A stretch of 64,000 nucleotides of DNA, taken from Camelus dromedarius. Lineage: Eukaryota. Positions 11,713 to 24,509 of the stretch are shown piece after piece. The stretch spans positions 9,612,001 through 9,676,000 of the forward strand of contig NC_087437.1 in assembly GCF_036321535.1 (NCBI RefSeq). The letters are read 5' to 3'. The first letter of the stretch is position 1, and each line of letters begins with the position of its first letter. The notes under the pieces are model-generated. The model was not told where the DNA came from and searched no databases. It saw only the letters and a list, made by a program, of their open reading frames with translations. A program made the position numbers and the translations under genes.

Positions 11713-13884
11713 TCTTATATGTATTTTAAATAGAATTTCCTGAAAGTTGGTTTTTTTAACTTACACTATGCTAAGAATGGCATTTTAACTTTATAAAATC
11801 TTCTATTAAAGCAATTTTAAAGAGACCATATAGTATTGCAGTGGGTAGACCTACAATGATCCTTTTAAATAATTGTAAATAATTGTCTGTCTTGGATTTG
11901 TGATTTTAATTCCAATTTGACCCTCCTGACAAAACATCAGTTTGAATATTCCTGAGAAGTATCTTTATAAATCTCCATGATTCATTCCTTAGTGTACATT
12001 TTTCAAAACAGAATTTTGGGGCCAAAGGTGATGTGATTATTTCAGTTTGTTCTCAATAGTCCGTATGCCACCTGTGTTGAAAATGCCTGAATATTTTACA
12101 TATAACTCGACACACGGTGTCAAGTAGACAGATTAAAAAAATATTACATTTATAATTTAAGTATATTTTTCAATTGCTCGTTTATCCATGTTGGCAAACT
12201 TACATTACACTAGCTACTTTCTAATGAATTCACTTTTTTTTTTTTAATTATCAGAGCTCTTTCAAGTGTCTTTCAAATTATTTTCGAGTTGTCATTTCCA
12301 GGAATTTTGGGAGGGGATATATTGCTATATCTCTACACTCATCTGTCTGTCTGTCTGTCTATCATCCATCTGTCTTTGGTGTTCCTGCATTTGGGATGCC
12401 TGGAAATTAATAGGTTTGGACTGAATCATGCATTGGTTTTCCTTGTATGTAAGGCACAAAGTTTATCAATCTTTTCCTTTGTTACTTCAGTCATTGGCTT
12501 AGAAAGGCCTGTCTCAAGCCAGAATTACGTGTTTGTCAATATTTAACTTTAGAATCTCATTTTATGTGTTGCTTTTGAACCAGGATTTCACCCAGTTTCC
12601 ATTTTATCATAGCTTGTGAAGCAGACATCCACTTATTGTTAAATTTTCGATAGCATTAGTTTTTTGCCCTGAAACCATTTGGAAAGAAAGCTCTCCTTAT
12701 CTACTGATTTGAAATGTTGCTGTTGTATCAGAATTATCATATGCATTTGTGTCTGATTCTGAACTTTGTACTACCCTCCACTAATTGATGTCTACCTTAT
12801 TCTGTCAGTACCACACTATTGTAATTGCCAGTGTTTTCTTTATAGCATCAGATCTGTCAGTCCATCCGTCTTGCTCTTCTTTTTTCAGAACTGGGTGGGC
12901 TCTTCTCATTTCTGAATTATTTCAATACATTTTCTCAGGGTGCCCATGTTTAGTGTGATTGCACCCGAATGCTGCTGAGCTCAAACAGTTGAGAGGCTTC
13001 TAAACTAAACCACGGCCGTCTCCTGCAAGTCCAGCCCTCACCTCCAGTCCGAATAAGGGCTTCTGCTACAATTTCTACTATTTGCTTTCCACAAAAATGC
13101 TCTGCTGTGGGTGCACCCGGACAGTCTTTATTCTAGACATACTTTTTTTTTTTATTGCATATGAAAATAAGCCCTCTAAAATTTTAGTTGTTTTTAATAC
13201 GATGCCTTTTCCAAATTCTTGGCTTGAACGCAATTGTTTTCCACCCCTCTCTCCACATTTCACGTTTATATTCTCTTATTTAGCCCTTGTAAAAAGAAAA
13301 GAAAGAAAAACTTTCTGTAGCATTTGCCTAGAAGGTACCAAAACCAAATGTGACATTTCCCCAGAACCAGTTCTAACCAGCTGAGGTTGTTAAAGCACCC
13401 TGAACTCTGAGGGACTCAGTGTATTGGACCCTCGTTGGACTGAACTGCAAACTTTCTTGAGCGATGAACAGGGCTTGGTTTAACCAACCAGTGAGCTCAT
13501 TCCTGCCTGGCCCAGAAAGCTGCTTTTCATTCCTTGGACAGAACAAGATGATGGAGCCTCCTTCCCTCTTGGGACTCAAAAACCCTGACTTGACCCCTGA
13601 GCAAAACGCTCAGTGATGTTGGTCACTGATCTGTGGCCCCCTTGCCTGGAAGCTTCCCCACCTCCAATGCCTGGTGGTCTTCCTTCACTCTCTAATATCC
13701 CATTTCTTTGACCTAAGACACTGTACATTTTTAAGACACATTGTGGGTTTAATAAAAGGCTTTATTGTGGGAAGGCATTAATAAACACAGCATAAAGTCA
13801 AATTATTTACACTAATTTGAAGACACAATCTGATTTGAGAATTGTTGAAACGTGGGAAAAAATAAACACGAGCTCTAAGGTCAA

Positions 13885-14070
13885 GTGAATTAGATTCAAG
13901 TCCTGACTCCATGACTTACCGTCCAATGATCTTGGAATCTCCCTGGACCTCAGTTTTCTAATTCTTAAAATGGAGCTACCAATAGAACTGAACTCAGAGA
14001 GTGGTTGTGATGAGCAAACAAAATAGCTCAAATCGAGCACCTTGGCTCACCCATTCAATAAACTGATTAC
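13885..14070 (+). mobile_element. MIR SINE
   Basis: GATTCAAGTCCTGACTCC...CCTCAGTTTTCTAATTCTTAAAATGGAG MIR core. Confidence 0.75.
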
Positions 14071-15316
14071 TTATTGGTAAAATTAATACAAGTGTAAATT
14101 AATTCTTGAGGACAGATATCAAAGTTTTATTATGCAACAGTATAATAAAATGGACATGATTCTTATTATCTTCCATGTTGCTTTCAAAAAAGTTCTAAAA
14201 GTAAGCGTATCCATTTAGCACGCCCTTCCACAGATAAACTAAAGCCAAGGAAAGAAGTTTAGACACCAAAGGTAGCGTTGTTAGGACACATGAAACATGT
14301 CGATGACCTAGGAGCTCATTTCTGAGACTTCCAGATGCCTTCATGGTGCCTTAAACACTTTCTCTTTCTTTCCACTCAGTGAACACATTCAAGAAGCACC
14401 AAGTTAACACTGCAGGTGGCCCACTTCTTTATTTTCTAACTTTATGTTCTTCCTTAGGTTACAAAGTACCACAATTATCAAACCTGAATACCCTGCAATA
14501 TCTCCTCTGCTATGTGGATTTTTCTCAAGTGTCTCCTTACCCCCATCTCTGCCTAATGAAATGTAATAAAACATTTGTAAAGGGCATGTGGGAATTGCTC
14601 ATTGCAAGTCACAGCACTTACAAACCAGAGGCTCTGAAAATGCATTTTTGTTTTTCCTCTGAAAAGCCACATCAAGCTCAATGGGTAACTACTTAGTTTT
14701 CAAGCAGCAGTAAAACATCTGGAAAGAAGTGGAACTGATTGGCGCTTCGAGTTCCATTCTGATTTTTCCCGACATCATGATCCTGTGACTCACCTTTTAG
14801 GACTATCTTCATTATGATGTACCTGAAGCCTCCTGAATAAATGTACCTTCAGTAAGATTAAATAGTGCTCTCCAAATCAAACTTAAAAGAAAAAATTCAC
14901 CAAATGGTTAAAAGACAATATATGAAATAGTTTTGGTTATTAGTGAATCATTTCAAATAACATAGCTTCCATAAAAATGACCGAAACTCCTTTTGGTTTG
15001 ACACAAATCTTGCATTTTCTAAACATCCCAGGGATACAGAGTGATTTTACAATTTCATTTAATTTTTAGCAAATAATATACCCGGCCATTCATTTTTTTT
15101 TAATGTTCATTTAACTCATGAATATGGGGGCTGAGAGAGCAATTTATTTACGCTTTCGCAAAGATATCTCTGTAGTATTTGGAAATTAGAGGAAATTAGA
15201 ACAGGCGATTTCTAATTGTCACAGTAAACACTCACACACACACACACACACCATGAAGGCACATGTAGTCTGTGACAAAACACTGCTGAAGACTCCTTTT
15301 AAAATGAGACATTTTA

Positions 15317-15555
15317 TGATAAGTTGGTAGTTTCAGATTTGCAGATACTAACTACTACATATAAAATAGATAAACAACAAGTTCCTACTGTACAGCACAG
15401 GGAACTATATTCAGTATCTTGTAGTAACCTGTAATGAAAAAGAATATGAAAAGGAATATATGTTTGTATACGGATGACTGAAGCACTGTGCTGTACACCA
15501 GAAATTGACACAACATTGTAAACTGACTATACTACAATAAAAAAGAAAGAAATAA
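15317..15555 (+). mobile_element. Short L1 3' tail with TSD
   Basis: Matches 46600-46820, ends in AATAAA plus an A-rich tail. TSD AAAATGAGAC(A/C)TTTTA at 15301-15316 and 15556-15571, at a canonical TT/AAAA site. Confidence 0.95.
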
Positions 15556-15923
15556 AAAATGAGACCTTTTACAACCTGTTTTGCTAAGCCATGTTTATAA
15601 TATGATGAACAAATATGAGCTGGCTGCAAACGTGAAACAATGACAGAGGTTTTTTAGGTTTTTTAAAAGTTATTTCTAATTGAATTCCTTAAGGTAAAAA
15701 GTCAGATTGGAGTTTAGCTTACTTAATAACAAGGTAAGAGCCACCCTCCCTGCAAAATAAAAAAGCCAGGACATATGTCATCAAAATGCACAATTTTAAG
15801 TCATGTAAATAAAGCTCTCTGTGCCTCTGTTTATGGGCTGTGACAAGGATCTTAAGAAAATCGTGAAAACTTCAAAGGCTGAATATTCCATTTTAACACA
15901 TTTTTATGTGGTAATGTTTGACC

Positions 15924-16472
15924 TGCAAGGGAGCAAAACTTGCCACCCCAAAAGTCTCTTTGGCACGCTGATTATTTTGAGCTGAAAATAACAGGGCCCC
16001 AAGGAGTCAGGAAGAAAAACCTTCCTTCTAACTGCCTAAAAGAGTGTAAACAGAGGACCTATTCCAGGAAGGGAGCATCACTCTAGGTACCCACTAGGTG
16101 TGCAGACAGGGAGCAACCCAGCAAAGTCGCCTCCTTAAAATGCCCCTCTGTGTCCCTCGTCCCTGCTGGCCCCGCAAGCATCAGTTTACCAAACATTCAC
16201 TTTTCTACCTCCATGTCAATTTCCTCCCTCCCTTTTGAAGTCCCAAACCATTATCCCCCACTACCTTTCTTGTCTTTAGTTGAAGATGATGTTTAAGGGG
16301 AGGGACTCAGCCATTTTGGTGAATTCCTCAGTTTTTCAGGGTCTCTCCCAGGGATCCATGTTATTAGATTTCTGTGTGATTTTCTCTGGTTAATCTGTCT
16401 CATGTCAATATAATTCTTAGACCAAACCAGAAGAACCTCAAAGGGGAGAGAAAAATTTCTTTCTCCCCGACA
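15924..16472 (+). mobile_element. ERV1 solo LTR, MER34/MER39-like
   Basis: TG...CA termini with a perfect 4 bp TSD GACC (15920-15923, 16473-16476). GCCACCCCAAAA...TTTGGCA..GATTATTTTGAGCTGAA and the GTTAATCTGTC...CCCCGACA end resemble the MER34 group. Confidence 0.88.
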
Positions 16473-16666
16473 GACCCATAGTAGATGGAATTTGTCTTTA
16501 AATAATCCATCTCATTTTTTGTTTGTTTGGTTTTCGCTTCAAGTAACCACATAGGGATCAATTTGCTCAAAATTGCAGTTTTTGATACCTTCTCATAATG
16601 GAGATTTTTCAGTTATTTCATTGACTCACGAGACTCTAAAGAGCAACGAAAATAAACTCCTTAAAA

Positions 16667-16910
16667 GGTTTCCAAACTTTCTTATTTTGTGGCACTTTTA
16701 GTGTCTTAATAATTTTTACATGATAGTCCCAGGTCAAAAGAAATACATGAGTCCTATTTATTAAGCAATTGGGTCCAAATAACTTAATAAATATTTATAT
16801 CCTAACAAGTAAGTAGCTAAATGACTAAATAACAGATATTAATGAAAGTAAAACATTATTTTTTGCTTCATTCTAAAATGACTACAATTACATGATAATG
16901 GAATGCACAT
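16667..16910. mobile_element. hAT-Charlie DNA transposon fragment (Charlie4-like)
   Basis: GGTTTCCAAACTTTCTT...GGTCAAAAGAAATAC...GGTCCAAATAACTTAATAA resembles a recalled Charlie4 terminus. Confidence 0.6.
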
Positions 16911-17061
16911 GCCTATCTAACTCAGGGACGTTTTCTCAGATAAGATTGACTGAACACCTTCAAGGTCATTTTTTGATCCTTGTTGACTTTTGTGGTGTCA
17001 GTCAACGAGGGTCAGTAGTTGTAGTTTGGGCACAAATCCAAAACTAAGCTTTGTAAAACTA

Positions 17062-17069
17062 TGACGTCA
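17062..17069. promoter_or_regulatory. Full palindromic CRE (TGACGTCA)
   Basis: Exact motif within a locally CpG-retaining unique stretch; function not shown. Confidence 0.35.
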
Positions 17070-17873
17070 CGAAAAGCGATTACATGATCTCGTGTAGAAA
17101 CTGTGAGCATCTTGATCAGGTGGCGTGTGCAGTGTCTGACAGGCTGCGTTGCCTTCGAAAATTTCAAAGTATCTAGTGATGCCCCAGTGAGTTTACCAAC
17201 ATCCTTTGAACCACTTTGCATACAATTTAGGAACTGTGACCGTAAACGATTGTTTTTGATCGTGAAAATTCAAGGCATTTTATCATCACCAGCTGAAGTT
17301 TTTGGAGCCGACTACAAGCAGAGTGTCCCTGTGGAAAGTGATGCCAAGTTCTTTTCTCGAACAAAGAAAAATGACCAGATGAGCTCTCTCCTCCTCATAA
17401 GACACAACACAGTAACACACATTTGGATGTGTTGACTGACTTCTCATCCTTCTTCTTGACCCTGTTCTGGAAATGCCTGGGGGGAGAGGGCAGTAGAGGA
17501 GGTGGCAGCTTAAAGTTCCTACTTTCTCATGGGTGTGGGACAGGACGTGAAAGGGGGAAAAAGGCTGGGTGGGTATTGAAAGTAACTCTACTGCAAGAAA
17601 TGTGGTGGGGGGGGAATGGGTCCTGCATCCCCAGGATTCTCCCACCCCCATCCCCCCAAACCTGGCCAACATGTATCAACTAAACAGATGACTCTCAAGG
17701 CTCTGATGGCAGCCAGGAAGCCCCAACCGCCCACTTGATCCATTACCCCCTCTATCAGTACTTAAGCCAGGGCAAGCAAGCATCACTAATTGGTGCCAAA
17801 CCAAACAAAATGTTACACTTGTCTAAAATTTTAGATCTATTCCCAAATTCCTAGCCAGTCAATTGCATAGGCG

Positions 17874-18380
17874 AATAACCGAGCAGGACCCTGTGGGGAC
17901 TTCCCAGGACAGACCCCTCCCCCAGTGGATCCAAGTTTGGTTCTTTGCTGTAACTCCTCTCTGAGGTACCCAGACAACAATAGCTGAGGCATATTTCCTG
18001 AGTTGGTTTACAGATATGAACTGCTTGCCTCAATCACCACCAAATGGAAGATGTTAACTACGTATGATCATGAGCAAGCAGCCCCCAGGCCTACTGGAAC
18101 CTAAGGGTTGATGACATTGACCTCTGTGATACCCCACCTTTTACCTCACCATCAGTCAGTCAGAGTCGTGCACAGCTAACTACATACCTGCGACCTGCCT
18201 CCTTCATCTGGCCTTTAAAAATGCTTTTGCTGAAACCCATTGGAGAATTCAGCTGTTTTGAGCACTAGCTTCCTGGACTCCTTGCTCAGTGCCCTGCACT
18301 TTCCTTCACTGCAACCTCGTGTCAGTAGATTGGCTTTACTGGGCTTGTGGGTGAGTGCACCCAAGTTTGGTTCAGTAACA
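17874..18380 (+). mobile_element. Solo LTR, MER74/ERVL-like
   Basis: Starts ..TAACCGAGCAGGACCC, contains TATA-like CCTTTAAAAA and GTCAGTAGATTGGCTT, ends CCAAGTTTGGTTCAGTAACA. Confidence 0.8.
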
Positions 18381-21300
18381 GATCCATCCTGGCTATTTTA
18401 TTAATTCACATTTTACAGAAGTGAATATTCTGAATCCACTCACCCAGTGATGGTGGTCAAAGGGTGCGCTTTATCATGTGTTAGGTGTCCACTGCAAGTC
18501 GGTTCTGCACCTGCGCCCGCTAGGTGCTCCGGGAATGACACCGACAATTAACTCTTCCATAATTCAGAGAAGAGACGATCTTCGAGGGTTTTCATGGGTA
18601 GACAAGTACCCGACTTGGTTCATCCAGAGCTCTATCCATGAGCCAGATCCTGGTCTCTAGCTCCAACGTGGCCCAGAGATGAAGCACGCAAACTTCCACC
18701 AATAGGGCCAGACCCTGAAGAACTAAGAAAGCCTGGTGGGCTCCTCCCATGACGCCAGAAGACACCTCTCCACCAGGAGTAGGATGTGGGGTCTCCTTCT
18801 CTAAAATATAACTGAGCGTGTTTTGAGTACGTATAGAGAATATCACTGATTTTCCGATATTTATTCTTTAACCAATCATTTTATTGAATTTGTACTGTTC
18901 CTGAATAGTGTTTTGGTTATCATATCATTGTCAAATTTGTGCTCCTTTTTGGTAATATTTACACCTCTTATTTTCCCTTTTCTAATGGATTTGACTAGGA
19001 CATTCCAGATAATTTAAAATGCTTTTACTGGCAGTGAGCAAATTTAGATCAGTCCTGAAGTTAATGGAAATCCTTCTAGCATTGTAATATTAAATGTATT
19101 TATGCCAACATGTCCCAATTTAAAAATGGTGCAATAGGTATGGATATATTTTATATTTCTCTTTCATTTACTCCTATAAATGCACAATTTTTTGTCAGCA
19201 TGATTGTATCTAAAACAGGTTAATCTTTCAATGAAGTACATTCCATTCCGTTAAAAAATCTGCACTGCAACAGAAAACAAATTCTATTAATAGTACTTTG
19301 TTGTCTTTATTAAAACAACAGTTGTGACAAGTGGCATTCCTCAAGACTTCTCTTTGTATTTATTACTTTTTATTTTTCTAAGAGTCAACATTGGAATTTA
19401 TGACCTAGCACTGACTAGTTATAGCTGAAAATTCAAACTGGACCCACTGACCCTTTTATTTAAATGAGCTCATTTAAAAAAAAACAATCAGCAGAAATGC
19501 TTATGGTAACAGGAAATATTAGACAATTTCAGTTGAATATTGTTCTTTTTTAATCAAATCAAAGCAAGTAACAAACAGATCAAAACATAGACATCAGAGT
19601 TTTCACCACGTACCAGATGGTGGGCAGACTGCAAGACAGAGATTAAGACTCAACTCAGTTAATTTTGCTACTTGTCACCTGTGCTGATAATAGGAGAGGT
19701 GGCAGAAACTGTTTAAAGGAGGTGATGAAGTATCCCATTTATTTAAATGATACAGCCCTTTATTAGTGGCTATTAATCACAGATAAATTAAAGTAAATGG
19801 CGGGAATAGTTTGTAGCCATCATTAAATAGGTACCAGATTGCCAGGGCCCAAGAAAAATATTACAGTGACTCTTAAAATATCAGTGGGTCCAAAAGACTT
19901 AAATCTCCTCTTAATCATTGCTGCACATACACGAAAGCATATAGGTCCCATGTGAAATATTTTTCTTTGAGTGTTTTTTTTTCTATTTCTCCCCCAATAT
20001 TTAAAAATACATGCTGGCTTCAGACATCTTTTAGTTAAGCGATTGTCAGTGAAAGCCATTTTGTTGAAACTTCTTCCAACTTACAGATGAGAATTAAGGA
20101 TATAAAGCGCACGACACAATATTGTAAACTGACTATACCTTATAAAAAGGTATATAAACCATGTATGAATCATATTTCTGAAAGGTTATTAAAACCTGTG
20201 ATGATCAACTTTGACTTACTAATGTCCTAAGGGCTAGATGTAGTGGAAACTGATTTGTTTCAGCTTTTACCCTAAGATGTAGTATTGATTCTGTCCAGTC
20301 CTATCATTTGGAGCTTGTTTGACACATGTAATATTCTTGCTCACTTTTAAACTGTAAAATAGTAATACAAAGAAGATGGAGGCAACTTTAAAAATGATGA
20401 AGTTTGGGTGCGGTAGGAGAGGAAGGATTGACCCTCGATAGAGATCTAATTGTAAACGTTGAAAAGGGGGACAACTAAGACGTTACCCTGAGAAAATTAA
20501 ATAACTTTCCGTCTTATTTAGCTTAATGAGGACAGAGTTCCTGATCAACAGAGCGACATAGTTAAAACAATTCGTGCATCAGAGAAAGCCGTTCACAGTG
20601 ATGGAGGAACTTTCCGCTTTCAGATAAGCACCACAGTAAAGAGGGGTTCATGGTTCTGGCCATCTGAGGGAGTGTTATGCTGAGCATGGGCTCCCAAAAT
20701 GCCCATGAAATGAGCCTGCTTTCAGAAAGAGGGATGCATCACCAGAGCAGCCGACGCCAGAGCTTCAGTGAAAGCAGACCTTCAGCAGAAAGCAGTTGGT
20801 ACTCTTTTAGCCTGTGATGGGCAGTCTCTCCTCAACAGATGATCCAGTTTAACCTTGACTTGAGGTTTATTGTCTCTGGATATTCTGTATCCCTAGCTTT
20901 GCTTCTCCAATCCCTTCTCGCATTAAGGCTGTCCTTACCCCACAAGTAACCTAATCCAGTAATTGTAGTTCCCAACTATCCTCTTCCCTTAACATTCCAC
21001 TTCTGTTTCACAAGTTTGTTCTGGTAATGACTCCGAGACAAGTTTACTGCTTCCTGGTTTCAGAGCCCCAGGTCCTGTCCCATCACTCAACTTCATGAAT
21101 CTTCCTACCTTATGAATGATAAGAATCCTTGGGGGTTACAACAGCTCTCACCCATGTCGGCAAAGGGAGGACATTCTTGCAGGAGGCAAAGCTCCTGCTG
21201 CAATCCTACTGATCAGTCTTAAAAGTAAAACCATGCTCTTTTCTAGCTCCATAAACTCACGGGGCACAAGCCTGCACAGGTCCCAGAGGATGTACGGATG

Positions 21301-22059
21301 ATACTGCTGAAACAGCGCGCTGCCTGGCTTTGGAATCACTAGGGCTTTGTCTCCAGACCTCGGCCTCTGAGCATCACCATTTGGCCTCCCCTTATTTCCA
21401 TCCCACTTCCTCCCACATGGATCACCCCCCTCACAGCTTAGAAGATGACAATGCATTTTAGTCCACCTGCCCAACTCCTTGCTTTGGTGTTTTCCCCTCC
21501 CATTCTCCATTAGCCCGTAAGACCTCTTTCCAGCCCCTACCATCATCACTTTACTGATAAATAAGATGTCCCAATAACAAACACAGTAGTCCCACTCGGT
21601 GTACTAGCTGACCACCAATTTGCGGATGCCAGCAGCAGACAGCCCCTCATGCAACAGTTCCACTTAAGTCATCACCCTGATGCTCAAGATCACCCCTGGT
21701 GCCCAAGTGTCGCCCCACACACTTGCACGCAGGCTCGTACTCACACACACCTAAGCAGAAGGAGGTGTCGGGGGGCAAGGCTACTCTGGAGACATCCTCT
21801 TTTAATAAAACTGCTGTAATTCGTTGATGTGGTCATGTGCAGGCTGATCTCTCCTCTCAGAAAATCTTTGTCTCCTGGTGGTTTTCAAAATTCACATAAC
21901 TAAGCCTGGTAGATCATATTCCATCTTCTCTACCTACAAACACCAGCTTGTGCAAATGATCCGCAAAATCATCTCGATCACAATAAGAAGATCTAAATTT
22001 TGTAGTTAGGGACATTGAGTAGTGACAAGTGTCAGGAACATGGGCTCTGCTGGCAGACA

Positions 22060-22220
22060 GACCAGGAATCAAACCGTATTGCTTTCCAGTTGCAGGAATT
22101 TGTGGAAGTTTCATATCTCAAAACCTCAGTACTCTCATCTCTAAAATGGGGGTAACGATGTTTCTCCATTAACTTGCTGTGAGAACAAATGAGACCACAT
22201 TTCTATAGTGCCACTTTAGA
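22060..22220 (+). mobile_element. MIR SINE
   Basis: CCTCAGTACTCTCATCTCTAAAATGGGGGTAA core. Confidence 0.7.
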
Positions 22221-22267
22221 CTAATAAACATAACTAATAACATAACTAATAAACATAACTAATAAAC
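22221..22267. repeat. 13 bp tandem repeat (CTAATAAACATAA), about 3.7 copies
   Basis: Directly visible; one unit is 12 bp. Confidence 0.9.
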
Positions 22268-24509
22268 GGGGACTCTATTTTACTGCAATTATCATTATTG
22301 TCAGTGACAAGAAGTAGTATATCTAATAAAAAAATCAATTGCTCTCAGTCAGTGAAAATGAACACTTTCACCTGTAATATAATCTCAGAGTAGAAGAGTC
22401 TGCTAGCAAATTACGTAATAACTGGAGAACTTATTTTTCTAAATTATTACAAAAAGTTCCACATTTGAAATACGAATCCAAATAAATATTAAGCCAGCGA
22501 GAGATGGCTTGGGGTGTAGCAATCAGAAGATTTGCTAAATATAAACCAGGGATGTTTATAATGTTATTTTTTTTGCTTACTACAACAATGTGACAGTATT
22601 TTTTTTTTCCATTACAGATAATCCAAGGAAAAGAAACCATGGAAGGCAAATGAAACACTGTGTTATATTTTCTACAAGGGGAAAAAATACAAACCATAAT
22701 GTTCTCCTCTTAAAGCCCTGAGATTTCATAATTCAACATTACAAAATAACAGCTGTGGGGATTACAGCATAAAATATAGGTTCCTAGTATTTGCTGTTTT
22801 TATTTCATGTAGTTAGTAAAGTCACTTTTCAACTGATTTTGCAACCAATAATTCAGTTACATAAATGCCTTGGCTCTGGTCCAGCACCACAAATAACACA
22901 TGACATCTAGGTCAGAAATTTAGTTGTAACAATTTGAGCTTTCTGTGCTCAAATTTCATCATTCAGAAATGTATTTAAACTAGCCAATCAGAATTAAGCT
23001 TAGTGCTTTCAACAGATAGGAGAAAAAAACATACTTCAAATAGGACAAAATGAAGTCAGAAGCAAATGAACATGCTGAATGCAGTTAAAGAAACGCAGCT
23101 GGTCCTTAAGATTTTGTTCTATTGGTTAGGCTAAAATGAGAAGAGAAGAGATTTCATATAGTTATAAAGTAGCACAGTGTTTCTGATGAAAGAACAAGAA
23201 AGTTAAAAACAAACTCTCTCTCTTTGGCCTCCAGCTGAGAATGCAGGCAACTGAGGCATTCATTTCAATGTGATATTTTCAGAGCCCTGGAATCAACCAT
23301 CTTAAGGTTCTTACCCTGACTCGAGTCATAGGAGTTGAAATACTCAAAGCTCATCGGTACGATTGGTGGGGGGGGGGTGTGGATTTGTCACCCAGTCTGG
23401 TCACATGATGGACGCAGGGAAAAGGAGACTGGGTCAGTGTGACAGCCAGGGACAGGGGACTCTGGAAGGATGCTCGGCTAACTTCTCGCCTCACCTTAGG
23501 ACAAAACAGAGAATCTGACCCAGAAAGAACACGTGACTTGCACAGGGTGGGTGTGAACTCCAGAAAGGGGAGCCGCCTTCTCTGTCTCACTCAGCTCGGG
23601 TTTGCCAGACGCTAGAAGAGTACCCAACATGTGAAAAGTCTTAGTAACTAGCGATTAAGTGAATGAATGAATGACTCAGGGAGTAATTTTTTCCTGTCAT
23701 CAATTTGGCCAATTTATATCACACATGCAGAACACTGGACTTCACAAAATTTTAAATTAACATTTGTTTTCTCTGCTCTTTTTGGTTTACAACAGGTATT
23801 TTGTCAAAAATCTTTTTTTTTTAAAAAAAAGCCAATTTAATTATAAATACTAAGTAACTGTAGAACTTGTTCAATTGCCATGAAACAAACTATGGCAAAA
23901 ATTTCCATAGATGAATGGTAAATTAAATGAGTTTATTTTGCATTTTAATTAGAACGCCTTTCATTTGCATAAAACTATAAGGGTTCTAAAGTAAGGCTAC
24001 ACACATTCATTACATTGTTATATTTCACTTGATGAATAATTGATTCCTTATTATTTTGGAAGTGAATGGATTGCAGCTTCCAGACAATGGGTAATAATTA
24101 AAAATAAATAAATGTACATATGACCACCCCAAAAAAAGTTACCCCAAATTCAGTGTGGCTCGGAAAGTTGAAGCATGTGAGACCAACAGAAAAGTAACTC
24201 CCTGTTATACTAGAATACAAGGGAGATACAAAATAAAACTAGTAGAAGAAAGGAGAGATTCAAGTTATAGTTTGAAAGCTTAGAGAGATTATACTTCTGC
24301 AGTAAATTGACTTGAATAGAGATGAAAAGAGCTCATCTTTGAAATTATTGTTAAATAATAAAATTAACAAAAACTTAGGTTATCTTTCAGAGTCCAAGCA
24401 TGTTCAGATATTTATAGAATGAGGATTCATGCAGGTGTACAATTATTTTTTAAATTACTCATCCACTTATCCAATCATCATCCATCCATCTACCCAACCA
24501 TCTACCTAT

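Noticed and set aside
17103..17683. Overlapping 86-128 aa ORFs
   Set aside because: Non-ATG starts, no recognisable domain; consistent with chance in a GC-richer patch.
18505..18530. CTCF-like CCGCTAGGTGCTC
   Set aside because: Lacks the GGC of the core; too weak to call.
20640..21140. Possible old LTR fragment
   Set aside because: Termini and family could not be identified with confidence.
21148..21549. 133 aa minus-strand ORF
   Set aside because: Low-information purine-rich translation with no splice or homology support.
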